64,000 nucleotides of DNA, taken from positions 48,114,001 to 48,178,000 of the forward strand of contig NC_087437.1 in the NCBI RefSeq assembly GCF_036321535.1. The letters are read 5' to 3'. This stretch comes from Camelus dromedarius (lineage: Eukaryota). Positions 39,972 to 53,969 of the stretch are shown here, piece by piece. Position 1 is the first letter of the stretch. Every line of letters starts with the position of its first letter. A program made the translations under genes and the position numbers. The notes beneath the pieces are model-generated. The model worked only from the letters and a program-made list of their open reading frames with translations. It did no database searches and was not told the origin of the DNA.

Positions 39972-40460
39972 TGCTTATTTCTACTGCGAGCATAATCCTC
40001 TTTCAAGCACTCAGCTTCCCACTTTGACTGCTTGGACCGGCCAGCCTGGGCAGGGATCTTCAGCTCTCCTCCCTCCTCCCAGCCAGGAATCCCTGTCTTC
40101 TATCTATGCACTTTTTTCAGGCACAAAAAGCAACTCCATAGCGTCTGCGTGGTCTTTCCCATTAGTCAAAGGACTGAACTAGAAGGAGAAAGAAAGCCAA
40201 CCTCTCCACTGTCCCAGCGTGAGGAGGCAGGGCTTCTGTGGGAAGAGAAGCCAGATGCTATTCACTTCCTGTGCTCCTCCCACTCCGCTGGCTGACACTG
40301 GAGCTGAGGATCTCAACTGAGGCAGTAAGGTTAGGCCCCAGTCGACCTGAGCCTGGGCATGCTGCCTGCTGGGCACTGCTCCTACATGCAGCTGAGGAGG
40401 GAGCATCAGTGCAGAGGAAGTAAAACGGTGAGGACTGCGGGGCGGGAGAAGTGGGTACAG
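39972..40460 (-). promoter_or_regulatory. Candidate upstream promoter and non-coding first exon of PEX5L
   Basis: GC-rich, repeat-free tract with a GC box-like GGGGCGGG near 40439-40447 and a strong minus-strand donor AGCA|GTAAGT at 39972. Confidence 0.45.
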
Positions 40461-41339
40461 AGAGAAAGGAAATAGTCACCATTTGCTGAGAATGCCTCCC
40501 TCCCTGGAAGAGGCTTTCAGCTCAGTATAAGTGTCCCATCTCTTAAAGTCCAAACACAGTGTCTCCCATCTTCCCCATGCCATTATGAATCCTTTCTGAA
40601 TAACTGGAATGAGAACTATCTGGTTTTTGGTTAGTGCTGACAACTTTTTAAACACCATGGGATCAAATCTGTTGTCTTCTTAGAAACATTGATCCTAACT
40701 GGTAATCCTCCCTCTCTATAGATGGTCCATCATCTCTCCTCAACCTTGTCTACCTCCACAAAAGTAGAACAGAAAGGTGGGTTTATTCAGTTGAATTAAA
40801 TGAATCATAAAAGTTGGAAACTGTATAGGAAAATAATACATGGCCACAGGTATTGGATGTATTCTATAAGAAAATCTTGCAAGTAAGTGACAACAAAACA
40901 TCAACAAAATCTGATGGGATAGATACCTGAAAAATGAAGCACCCAATGTCCATTTTGGAATAAGAGTTTATTAAAAAGTAAGAGTTTAGTTGAAAGATAA
41001 GTTGTGTATGGACTGAATTAAAAGGATTCTTCATTCTCATTAGGAATGGCATATATAAAGGAAGTTCCGAAAGGGAAAAAGAATATGTGATATAGTTAAT
41101 TGTACAAATTAGCCTCAATTACATCTTTTGCCTAACTACAGATGTCAAAATAAATGTAAAGGTTAAAGAAATAGAAATATAAATATTTCCAAAATTTGTT
41201 TTGTTATTATTTATTCAATACTGCAATAAGAACTAAATAGTAGACTTGAATTTATTAAAGTAAATGTTAATGAAGACTGTATAATATAGACAGAAGAAAC
41301 AAAGATCTTCCTAATCTCTTCTTTGTGGTTGTCAGTAGT

Positions 41340-41640
41340 CAGTTCCTATCTTCTTGTCTTTCCTATCTTCAATCCATTCTCCACCACCTTCCTTCCCCAC
41401 AGCCTGCAAAAGTGCTGTTTTCCCTGTCCTAAAAGGTGCCTTTCTCACTCTGCCTTCCCTTAAAGATATTCATTCAATCTCTCTTACCTCTTTACCATCG
41501 AGAGTGTGGTCCATGCCCACTAGTCACAGTCCTTTCCTTTCTCTTCACTTCTAAACCAATCACAATCAGTTTGCAATTCACTGTAACTGCATTCCCGAGA
41601 GTCACCAATGGACTCCTAATGATCAAATTCTCTAGTAGCC
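41340..41640 (+). mobile_element. L2 fragment
   Basis: gagtcaccaatggactcctaatgatcaaattc resembles the L2 motif aaggtcaccaatgacctcc. Confidence 0.6.
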
Positions 41641-41784
41641 CTTCTTTAGAGCTAATTGTATGAATTAGTCCCACGTGCACTTTATGCTTGACTATAGATG
41701 TCAAAATAAATGCAAATATTACTTCTTTCGGTGGTCAAGTCTGTATCAAGTATTTTCAGAAACGTCTTTGCTGGTATTTATACT

Positions 41785-42345
41785 ATTATAACTGTTGATG
41801 GTGTTACCATCAGTTGAACAGAGTATCGATAAGAAGAGGGGAGGCCTGGGAAAGGAGACGCTGTGCTGAGAAGATACTTGCTGAGTTTGTGGTGTCTGTG
41901 GAAAGTTCATCCCAGTGGAAAGATCCAGCTGGCCACTTGGATCTGTATCTTACAAGAGAGATAAGGGCAGGAAATGTGGATTGATGGGGATAATTCAACT
42001 TGTAGGAGCAGTAGAGCTCATTAAAGAACATGTAGAGACAGAAGAGATGAGGACTAAGGCTGGAGTCCTGCAGAATCGTTACATGTAAAGAGTGGGCCAA
42101 AGAAAAGAACCCCATGAAAGAGGCGGACTAGGAATGGTCATAGGTGTAGGAGGAGAGGCAGAACGCAGCCGAAGGAAAATATGTTGTAGACAGGGTCAGA
42201 TGCCGGGAAAATTAAATAAGGAGGCGGACTACACACTTGCATTGTACTTGGCATTTTGGAAGTCACCAAGGACTTTGGGAACAGAGAACTAGTGAACATG
42301 GAAGCAAGATTAGGGTAAATTATGAATAAATGGCAGTAAAGGTGA
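41785..42345 (-). mobile_element. L2 fragment
   Basis: Purine-rich antisense L2-type sequence (agagataagggcaggaaatgtggat...gactaaggctggagtcctg). Confidence 0.65.
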
Positions 42346-45300
42346 GAGAGGACTTATTTTCCCTTAGAGAGGCCTGAAAGAAAAAGACAGAGGGAAAAAT
42401 CTGTGAAGATAGTAGATCTCATGTTAAGTGTTCTTACCACAGCTTACAAAGAAAAAGGGAAGGGGGAAAAGGGAGCAGAAATATTTGTGAAATGACAAAA
42501 AATACAGGGCAAGAATACTGGGAAAGTTATAGCTTCCCCCTCTTCCCCTGTGTAAAGGTATTGAGTATCTTTATTTACAGTTCGAGAAGGAACAATAAAG
42601 AAAGTGAAAATGTAGACACCAGAGGGTGACGGGGAATCATTCATAAAACAAGAAAGTACGAGCAAAGTGCTTTCAGAGAAAAACTGTATGGTTCTCTTTT
42701 AAAATGTACAATTGTGTGATACGTATTTCTAGAAGAAAAATCTGAAAGGACAGACACCAAATATTAAAACCCCTTTTCCTAGGGGATGGAATTATGCATG
42801 ATCTGTGTGTTCTTTTTAGACTTAGGAGTTTCTTGAAAGAAGAATAAATTTCTTTTATAATTGTATTTTTTAAAAAAGAAAACAAAATGTGATGGCTTGA
42901 GAGATCTATAAAGTTGCCATCGAGAAGACTCATTTAAAGTCCACTTCACAGAAAAATGACTTGGTCAGGGCTTTACTCTTCCTTTATTATATTTCCAGAG
43001 GAATGAAAGCTTGTTTTTTTTTTAAATGTTAGGCATTCATGCTACAGTTATTGCTTCTGTCCCTTGTGGCAAGTGTGGTCAGATGGTGAAGTGGACGTTT
43101 TGTTTATTGCATTTAATATGCCCGTTTCCTCTTGACTCTCCCTTATAATATTAAGCTTTCAGTTCTTTGACATCATTTTGGCTCCATGTCCCCCCCCCCT
43201 TTTTTTTAAGATCCACAGTGTCAACATATCTACCAACACAACTGCTGTGGAAGCCAAAGAAACAATGAAAAGAGAAAACAGAAAATGAGGGAGAAGGGGT
43301 TTCTCCCCAAAGACTTGGAATAAGAGCTTGAGAGTTTCCCTGTTTATGACATAAGCCTGAACAGACCTTTTAAACAGAAAGTAATCACCTTACTAAGTAA
43401 AAGGACAATTTTGAGATCTCTTATTTTTCTTATATGTGGAGGAAATCAACTTTCTGAAGGGATAATGTCATCCTTATGGAGAATCATTTGCAGAGGGGCT
43501 TATGTTTGGCATTTTTCAAGAACTATTTTTTTTCTTTAAATAGTTCTTGAAAGACATTCACCGTTGTGTTCTCCCCTCATCAACTGTGACAATATGGCAA
43601 AACAAAATAGCCACAGGGTGCAATTTTTTTAGTTTTGGGCCAGGCTCAGGCACACACAACTTAGGGTAATCAGTCTCAGTTCTAAAGGTCTACTGCTGGC
43701 TGAAAAAAGAAATGCAAGCACAACAAATATGTTGATGCATTTTAAACTATGATTTAAGTCATATGCATGTGCCCAGATATTTAGTAACTTTCTGATTTTT
43801 AGGCTAAATCTAATTGGGAAAATAGATATCCAGTGACTTGTTAAATAATAAAATGGCAGTGACACACAATATAATTTTTGCTATATAGCCTTGCAGTTCT
43901 TCCTTAATGCTGCCTTTCCTATCTTTAGAGTGGCTTTTGGTCTGTAAGAGAATAACCTGAAGAGTTCCCAAGCATCTTAAAAATATTTTCTATTTTCCAA
44001 GTTTTCCAAAGATGAGAATTCTCCAATATAAATATCCATTAAGATTACTCAATCTTATATCGTTTTGCAATGACTGTTTCTCAAGTACACAAATTCAGTA
44101 CTAGGTATGCACCGTCTTATATATCTTTTCCAATATTTTATCATAAAAAAATCAAACATATAGCTAAGTTAAAGGAATTTTACGGTGAGCACCTATATAC
44201 TTACTACCTAGATTCCACCACTAACATTTTAATATACTTGTTTTTTTCCTATCTGTCCATCATCTATCTGCTGAGATGTATTTTTAAAGTATAGTACATA
44301 TAGTAGACGCCGCCACATTTACACATTCTTTCCTCCAAGGTTTATTTAATTGAATTTCACTTTAAAACTCAGAAAAGCAAAACCATTGGTTTAGTAAGTT
44401 TCCAAAATAAGAGCACCAAAAGTTTAGGATTTGTTACCTTCCAGCAACAGTAGTACCCTCCCGTTACTTTCATTTGAAAAGCAGATCCGTGAACTACATT
44501 TCTAGCATTATGTGCTAGTGATAGGCCCTCTCACTAGGATTAGGGGAAGGATTTCTGATCAGAGGGCTGAGGTTTTTACAGTTCTCAGTCAAAAGCAAGT
44601 GATCAAACAACTTGATTTTTTGAAACAAATCCAGGGTGTGATGGGCAGTGCCAGTTGATATTAATTATCACGTCCACAATTTCATATCCTTTTATCATCA
44701 GTGTTTCCTGCAAGTAACTTCACTTTACTCTGGGCTGTATAGTAAGTATTTCCCTCTGGTACCTCCAGCAAAAGTAGCAAGACTCAGGCAGGGCTGGGTG
44801 GCTAACAGCTTCTCAGAGGGGTGACATGCTCTAAGGAACAGCACAGTACTTGAGTGGTTTCTTAAGTAGGCAGAAAACAATAATTAAATTTGAAATGTCA
44901 GTTATGTCAGATTCAGCAAGGTTCCACATTACTTTGAGGACAATAAGTAAACTCTTCTTAACCCTCCCTCACCCCCCAAACCAAACAGAACCACATTCAA
45001 AGAAAAAACAAACAAAAAATGAGGTCCTTTTTAACAGGAAAGTTCTGAGTCCAATTCTTTTGTCTGAAAGGTTCTCATCTCTACAAAAATTATTTTTTCA
45101 TTTCTTCTAGACTTGGCTCTTAAAGCTGTAAATGCAGTGGTGTAGCATGCAATGACTGATATATAAAAATTGTCTTCTGCTGTCTGAAGCACAATAATGA
45201 TTGAAAAATGGTATATATTTTAATTACTAGATTTCTTGGCATTATGCGGTCTTGGTGCTGTTTCCAAGGCAAGGTGAAACTAAAAGCTCTCATTCGGCAG

Positions 45301-48159
45301 TTTTACCTGTCATCACCCAAACAGCAAGTTTGGAGTGATTGTTGGTGTAAGACCAGTAATGTGACTGAGAGAACTGACATGATTTTGGCTCCTCAAATGG
45401 TAAATGAACACTACTATCTCATCAAAAGTCCCCCTCCCTGAAAAAAAGAATGAATAAAAGGGTAAACTATATATTTGTATCTTTGTAGCTTGAGGAAAAT
45501 TAAGAAATAATCTACTTAAAATGAAAACTATTACTTGATGTTCTGCTTCTGATCCCTATCAATATGGTTTCTTATTTTTTCACAGGTATTGGCCCTTCTA
45601 GATGGGGCTAGGACTGTGCTGGTCCGACCTCCGACCTCAGGCACACGCACTTATCACTGGTCTCTCCAGCGGCTCCTTTTCCCTCTCACGGGCAGCGGGT
45701 GTGCCTGGATCGCACACCTGCCACTGACTTCCTTCACAACAACTGATCTGGACAAGATGAGTTTATGTCCTTATGGAAGAAACAGCAATCTTTTTACTTC
45801 AATGAAAAGGAAAAGAAAAAAAAACAAACTAGCTGCTTCTATAAACATTCTGCTTCCCAAGTACATCATGCGTCTATTTTCATACCTTCTCTAAACTCAC
45901 ACACTGCTTTGAAGCTTTGACAGTGCTTAAGAAAAATTTGTCTATGAAATTTTGTTGCTGACAAGAGTCAACCCAAAGTTTGCACTTCCACCATAAAATC
46001 TATGCAGAAAGTTGAAGCTGTTTACCGTTAAGCTGCATCTATGTGACTCGCTGGTTTACAACCAGCTTTTTTTTAATTATTATTATCATGGATGAAATAA
46101 CTTGAGAACTTTGTTTTTCATATGGATCTGCACAGAGCCACGAAGGCTTAGAAGTCTTTTCTCTTCCTGAAGTGATATTCCCTGGAGGTACAGCCCATTA
46201 CTCCTGTCACCTCTGGGCTCTCCCCTCACCTCTGGGCTCTCCCCTCTGGCCTTGATAATCTCAGGAATCCTAAGTTAACATCACAATTCTGGTCATTTTC
46301 CTGTCAGTTTCCTGATGACTTCTTCCATTCATCCCTTTTCTGCAATGGCTTATAAATTAACTGAAGACAACCTTACACGTAAGACATGGAAATCACTAAA
46401 AGATCTGGGATTCCTATCCAACTTCTTCACGGATAAGGGCTTCTGGGCAACGACTTGTTGAGGGAGCTCTTCTAAGCCATGGGATGTACAGGAACAAGAA
46501 AGACCTGGGTCACTGACAGCTTGTTTATCCACTGGACGTGTGACTATCAGTTAAATCACATACACAACTTTTTGACAAACATCAACTAACACCTTGCTTG
46601 ATATAGAAAGTATTACTGCTAATGAGGGGGAAAATCAAGCGGTATATAATGAATGGCTGCACTCTAAAGTTCTAAAGTAATATCTAAACTTTCCTTGTTG
46701 TTTCTTACTATTTGACAAAAACAAAGGGAGTCTGTTTTAAAAATACAATGTGAAATTGTTCAGTACTGTAGAACTTCTAAAAGGATTTATTGTGATTTTT
46801 AGACATCAACAACAGGAATTCTTTATGCAAACCTAAAAACTGCCTCAGGAATATAAAATATTGAAAATGGATGTATTTACTCATTGCTTCCATTGCATTT
46901 CACTTATTTTTAACTTGTCAGAGGATAAAACTTTATAATGGGGGAAAGCTGGAATAAGGTGAGGTAAAGTGAGGTAGATCCAACCACAATATTTATCTTC
47001 TTGCTCAAAGTTGGTTTGGAGATGCTTGCTATCTAATGAGACACTATTTTGTTATTAATATTTAAAAATAATTACACGTTACATGCAAACTGTGAAAGGA
47101 TATTCAGCAACATGTAAGCAAACCTCAGAGATACAGAATGACTTCTTTCTACAAGACCACAGCATCCCAGTGAGTACAGCTGACTATGGATGATCTTCTT
47201 CCATCAGTTCCAATCTTTGCATTTTTCCTTTTTTTCCTCTTTAGGAACCAAACCCCAAATCTTAGATGCTTGCTTTACAGAGGCCATCACAAGATTTTAA
47301 AGACACAGTGAGAAAGACTTCTCAAACAATACAGAGCAGAGAAATTTCAGCAATGAAGAGCACGAAGCTCATATCCACTTGAGAGCACTGGAAGGGTTTC
47401 TTTGAAGACTCTTTTTGCAATCTCTGATTAACACCCCCAGTGAATACTATATGGATGACATAGCACTGAGAGACAGGATGACTGCAGCTCAATTACTTTA
47501 AATACATCTTTGGAAGTAGTTATAGATGTTAACAAAGAATCTTTTAAAAACTCCTGCACTCTTGTAAAATTGTCCTGGGTAGGCGAGTGTGGGGGTTTAT
47601 GAAGCAAGGCTTCAGTAAGGAACAGCTAAATCGCCATGGATAGTACCATGCCCCAAATGGAAAAAGCTTTTTAAAATTATAAAAGCCAGAAGCTTCTCCT
47701 TATAAAAAACACTTAAAATTTTTTTCAAGTACAGAAGTGTGCCTGTCACATTGTTGATGCTTAGTAAACATTTAATGAAATCCTTTTGCTTTATAGCAAA
47801 AAGGAAAAGGTTAACTACTGCCATTACTCTTCACCCCTCTTATTCTCTCTTGTTGATGTCATCCTCCACCCATGTTTATACACAGATGCGTATATGTATA
47901 TGTGTATAAATATGTATGTTCATATGTATACGTATGTATTTTTACGACATAAATGTGGTCGTAGTATAAATACTACGCTACTTTTTACTCAATAATGTAT
48001 TGTGAATATCTCTTCACGTTAACACACATTGATATCTATCTGACAAGTTCAAGTCCACCTCAAAAAAAAACACCTTTTTTTGTTAAGAAAAGTTTAAGAA
48101 ATCCTGAAAACCATCAGATTGAAAATGCACTTAACCCTTAAGAGACAATGCCAGCTCTT

Positions 48160-49325
48160 AAGTATTGTCAGCAGAACCCTGGTGGTTTCTGAGATTCTTT
48201 CAGGTGGTCTGTGAAGTTAAAACTATTTTCATGATAGTACTAAAACATTATTTACTTTTTTTTGCTGTGCTGACAATTTGCACTGATGGTGCAAAGGCAA
48301 CAGTGGATAAAATTATTAGCACCTTGGTAGGAATCAAGGTAGTGGCACCAAACTGTACTTGTTGGGGACTGAACTGGCTAATTTAAATAAATGTAGTAGC
48401 ATTTTTACTTGGAAAAAATGACCTACAGACAAACTATGGCTACTTAAATCTGGGCATCTTGCATTTTTCCCCCCAAATAAATGAAGAGAGCTTTCAAGGA
48501 GAACAATCAACATTTGATGCCAAAATTCAAGCTTTCAGTGAAAGTTAGAATTTTGCAAACTTGTATCTTGATAACTTCCCAACAGTCAAACATGTTCCTC
48601 ATGAGATTAGTGATATTAGTGAATTATTTTTTGGTATTGTATAATGAAATATGGCAACATTTGGAAGATATGAATAACTCAGTGAACTAATATTTCCCAA
48701 ATGACAGATACATGGCATGTTATCAAACTGTGCATGGGTTAAAGATCTACTCAAAGTGTAGGGGAGAACAATGGATTTTAATATAAAAAGTACACAGTTT
48801 ATTGATATCACTTCAAGTGTCACATTGCTACTAAACCTTAAGAAATAACATGTCAAGTTTTGATGTAGTACTAAAGATTATCCATAATTATTTGAAATGG
48901 CTATTAAAATACTCCTTCCTTTTCCAACTGCATATTTGTATGAAGACAAATTTTTCTTTTTATATTTTAACCAAAAAAAAGGCAACAGATTAAATGCAGA
49001 AGCAGATACGAGAATTCATTCTTCTAGTAAGCTCTCGTATGAACGAAATTTGTAAAAATGTAAAACAGTGCCATGCCTCTCACCAAAATTTCTATTTTTT
49101 GAAAATAGAGATTTTTAAGAAATAGTTATCCGTGTTAGCAATGAGTGTTTTGTTGCTATTTTCAATGAGTTTAGTAAATACATAGCTAAAAAATTTCATA
49201 GTCTTCTTTTTTAAATACAGTAAATGCCAATAGACATAACCTATATAAACAAAAGCTCTCTGGTGTCTTTAATATCTTTTAAGAGTGCAGAGGGGCACTG
49301 AGACAGCAGTTTGAAAATGACTGCT
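48160..49325. mobile_element. Charlie1-like hAT DNA transposon remnant
   Basis: gatggtgcaaaggcaa...atcaaggtagtggcaccaaactgtact, aaatgcagaagcagatacgagaat and terminal gtttgaaaatgactg. Confidence 0.8.
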
Positions 49326-51199
49326 ATAATAGAAAGAATGTAAACTTATTCTTGTTCTGAGGTTGTAGAACAATTTGCCCTTAGAAGATGAGTTTTCATT
49401 TTCCCTCTCTTTAATAATGATAAACAAAGTCAATTTAGCCCTTTTAGATTCTGGTGGAAAATTCCATAATAGACCATGTTAAAAATTATCCAATTAAGTC
49501 TTGTGATAAATTGCATTGCGTGATACTTGAGTATATATCTGAATTACATTTAATGATTATAGCTTTAGAGTTTGCAAATACTTCTACATGTGTTATATCC
49601 TTCACTTTTTCTAGGCAATTTCATAGGTAGGTATTATTCTCCTTACTTATGTTAACAGCTGAGGAAATGGATTCTAAGAGAGAAAAAGTGCTTTGTCCAT
49701 CTAGAACACAGAGTCAAACTGACGTCTGCTGATCTTAGGTTCTGTGGTCTTTTTTCATCCCTAGAGAGAAAAAAAGCCTTTTTGGTTATTATTGGCATAG
49801 ACTATGCACAACTCTCATACAAAAGAAACAAGAGCTGGGTATTGACATAACTTTTGGATCTGAGCAAGGATCCTGACTTCTCCAAGCCCATTTCCTTTGC
49901 CCATATATAAGGATTGTGGGAAATAATATTATGCCCAGTTATGTGAAACAGTGCTTAGTATACATTAGGTCCTGTTATTATTATTTTCTTACTTAGCATA
50001 ACAGTGTAACCCTGCACAAGGCCAGAGCAGCTTGGGTTTCACCCAACTCTTAGGTCAAATATGGAAAGGTTCAGTCAATAAGACAGAAATAGATAAATAG
50101 CAAATGAAGAGCTTCAGAACAATTGCAGGCCTGAACAGCAATAACAGAAATGCAGACTTTTCCAGGCTAGAAACGGCCAGCGGTCGTTCTATACATGCTG
50201 TTGACCTACACCTCAACTCTGCGTTCCAATTTAGAGGTGACCAGCTAGGCCAATACATCACTCTTGCCAGGCTGGGTCCAGACCAGCTTTGAGTGGCTGC
50301 TAGACATCGCCACCTTGAATGTCCTCCTTCCGGTCCCTACCTTAGGCTGCTGAATCCGGGTAAGGCTGTCTAACCTTAGCTACGAAGGCTGTTTTCTCTA
50401 TGTTTTCCTAGTTTTGGTTCTCTTGCCTTCACACCTGGAGCCTCTCTCTGCTCAGTTCCTTCAGGACAAGTCAGGCTTCCGAGCAGCTTGGGAAGAGCCC
50501 TTCAACTACTTGATGTTTGGGGGCAATGCTGGTAAAAGCAGGTGTGGAAGGAAATGAGCCAAATGCTGGCAGTTAAGGAGGTAAGAGTTTCTGGAGGAAG
50601 CAGTTCATTAGCAGAGGAGTATTAATGGTATTAACTTACCTATCTCTGCACATTGATATCAACATAGTATATTTATATATTGATACCCGATAAGTTAACA
50701 ATGATAATAACAGTTAGCATTCATAGGAACAACCTCACCTATTTTTCTATATAGATATATACAACTTTATGCAACAGTAATAAAATGAGAATGATCCATT
50801 AAAAATTTCACTTTGTTATAGCAAATTTATCTGGGGGAGGATGGTTTGCTACGCACTAGAATCATGACTTTACATATGTTATCTCATTTAATTCTCTTAA
50901 TAATACCATGACTTTGTTTTTAGTTTTCAAATGAGGAAATGGAAAGTCCTAAAGGTTTAGGATTTTCAAGGTTGTGCCTAAGTTCACACAATGCATAAGC
51001 AGCAGAGCAGAATTAGATCCAGGGGGCTTCTGAGCAGTCCAAAAGGCTGGGTTCTTTTTAGCTCAGCCCCTTGCCTCCAGCATATTTCCATCTGACTGAA
51101 TACATAATGCAAAGACTCGTGTTTGGTTAAGGAGAAAAAGAAAAAAAAATCAAGAAAAGTCAACAGCCCTTTAGTGTTTTTTCAGACAAACATCCAGCT

Positions 51200-51440
51200 C
51201 AAAGAGGTCAGTCTCTGAGATCAGATTGCTTGGTTTAAAGCCAGCTCTGCCACATACTAGCTGTATGGCTTTGAGCGAGTAATTTAACTCTTACATGCCT
51301 AAGTTTTCTCTTCTGAGAATAATAGCAGAACCTATCTCCTTGAGTTGTTGAGGGAAAGATTTAATTAATACAAGGGAAGTGTTTGGAACAGCGCTTGGCA
51401 CATTTAATATAATCAAAAAATAAATATTAGCTATTATTAG
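51200..51440 (+). mobile_element. MIR
   Basis: ccagctctgccacatactagctgt...gaacagcgcttggcaca...ttagctattatt. Confidence 0.8.
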
Positions 51441-53969
51441 CTGATATCTTTCTTTCCTTCAGTCCCTTCCTCTTTCTCCTCTCTCTCTGCCACCCTCACT
51501 CCCTTCCTTCCCTCTTTCCTTCCTTCTGTCCTTCCTTCTTTCCAGGTTGAGTTGACAGTGTGTAACCACTAAGCAACCTTTTCTAGCAAGATGGTTAAGA
51601 CTCATCAAAGATGGTTCAGAAACTCAATCTTGAAGTTAAAAAAAATTGTTTTTTTGACTAGGATTTAAAAATAGAACCTGGTGTGAAGCAATTCTTGCTG
51701 TGTCAACTTTTAGAAGGCTGTACTGAGAACAGCAGAGCTTTATTTTAAGAAGACCCTGAATGGCTTAGCTGCAGTTCATGGATACATCAGAACATCCCCT
51801 TGACGGTTCGCTTTCCTGTGAACCTAAAGCCAAGCAACAGGAAGAGTTCTGGCCTGACCAAACCTCCCCTTTGCAAAAAGCCAACTAAACCCAACTCAGA
51901 TGCTGCTGTCAAGTAACTGGAGCAGAACCCCAGCAGTGAGCCTTCGCTGACCCTTTTGAAGTTCACCTCTTTGTTAAATCTACTTTTAACACAAACTGGA
52001 TTTTTTACAGTGTTTCGGGGATGATGCAAAGTATTAAGGATACAGGAAAAGAATGACTACAGATGGTGGATTTGGAAAGTAGGTAGAGAAGGACTTTGGT
52101 TTGTGTCAACATCTGGGTCCCAGCCTTGTTTTTATCACATTTTTCTTAGCAGGCTGTTTATCGCAACTCTTGACTGAGCTCAGCTTTTCCACTTTCCAAA
52201 TAGAGGTTTATACTCAATGATCTTTAATGTTGCTGTTTGTATGATTTCTTTTGAAACTATTGGGAAGCCAGTTAATTAGTACGTTTGTAGTGATTAAGAA
52301 AGAGGGCCATTGTTAATTAAAGAAAGCAGCTAAGCCTAATTAAAATATAATACGAATTCAAATCCTGAAGAGGATTTAGGGTCTTCCACAAGCTGCTATG
52401 TATACTTCCTTCACATCTGTCAAGTTCAATATTTCTTAACATAAGAAAAGCCTGCAACAAAGGTAAGTCTCCATTTTGATGCAACAAATAGAAGTAGTTG
52501 AAATTGGATGTGAAAATATGTTTTCACAAGAAGGAATACGTTAAAGCTCAGTCATCTTTAAGTGTCTGTGTAAACACCTGTTCAGGAAAACCAACCAGGC
52601 AACAAGGTACAGAATTCATTGAAGGGAGTGAAAAGTGGAGACACAAATGTAGCTAGGAGCCAAATTATAGGTAATAAACCTGAAAGAAGATAATAGCAAA
52701 AGGAATAGAATCGCCAGGGTTTGGCAAGTTGGTGTTTACATAGAAATAAACTTGGATGTGTATTCTTTGTGTTATTCTGGAAGGCTCTTTACTGAAAAAT
52801 CAGTGAAATTCCATTTCAATATAAAAACTAAAAGACAAGTTTACATATTCTGTCCCAAAGCATAGAGGATAGACTTGGAGTAGTTTTTGTTTGTTTTTTT
52901 TTTTTTCCTGGCATTGGTCTTGGAATTGACTGAATTCACTGGCATTTTTTGCACAGGCCTCCAAGGAAGCCAGCAGAACTCAGTGGTAGGGATAAGTCAG
53001 AGGCCTTGGAACAGAATGGAGTCCCCTGGCTCCATCCACTGCAGGCAGACAGGGCCCATGGCCCCTACTTGTCTTCTGTGTCCAACCCGCACCAAATGCA
53101 GTTTCTGATACAGAGAACACTCAGTAAACATTAAAAGCTAATTGTTTGAAGGGAATCGGCACCCCGCTTCCCAGTTTAAGTAACACTGTTGTACCAGTGA
53201 AACCAACTGAATTAATCCAAACCAATCCACCCTTCCAGTTCTCTGTCATTGTCTGTACCATTTCACTAAAAATTATTTAAACTTTAAAGAAGTGCATTCA
53301 AATTTGTTAAATCAAGTAGAAGAGTTGTGCTAATTCCTACGCTAACATAAATATTAAAGATGAAACAACTGAATCACATAGAAAAGTTAGGTTATCTGTT
53401 CAAAATCAAAATTAATAAAAAGTAGATAATGTATATCCTTAAGAACATATCCCATAACATTTTCCTCTGGTTTCCTAAATTTGACTAAGAGATGAACACC
53501 CCTTCCTACCTTCCCCTCCCAACTTTCCTACTATTTATGGAGTTCCTAATATATCCCAGTCACTATGCAACACTCAGACACACAGAAATGAATTAGGCCA
53601 GTACCCTCTCCTCCAGAATATCACTATCTAGATAAAACTATTTCCCCAAATTTCCCATTCCATTGTATTGTCAAGAGACTTCCAATAGTCATTACAGAAT
53701 TGTTTCTGGTGGACATGATCTTTGAAAACACAACCAAATCAATTTTAAAATTGTAATTAAGTACATATTTTGTGCTTGGCGTTATAGCAATGTAAAGTTT
53801 AAAGAAATTTAAATTTTGTAATATTCAGATGCATATACTACTCGTAATATAAAATAATGGAAAAATTTTACATTTGATTAGCGCATTAGTGCTTACAAAC
53901 TTCTTTTATCATCTGCTTAATACTTACTGAACACTTACAGCTATTCTGTTCTCATGATAACCCTATGAG

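Noticed and set aside
47960..47977. Palindrome CGTAGTAT-AA-ATACTACG
   Set aside because: An 8-bp stem in AT-rich degenerate sequence is expected by chance.
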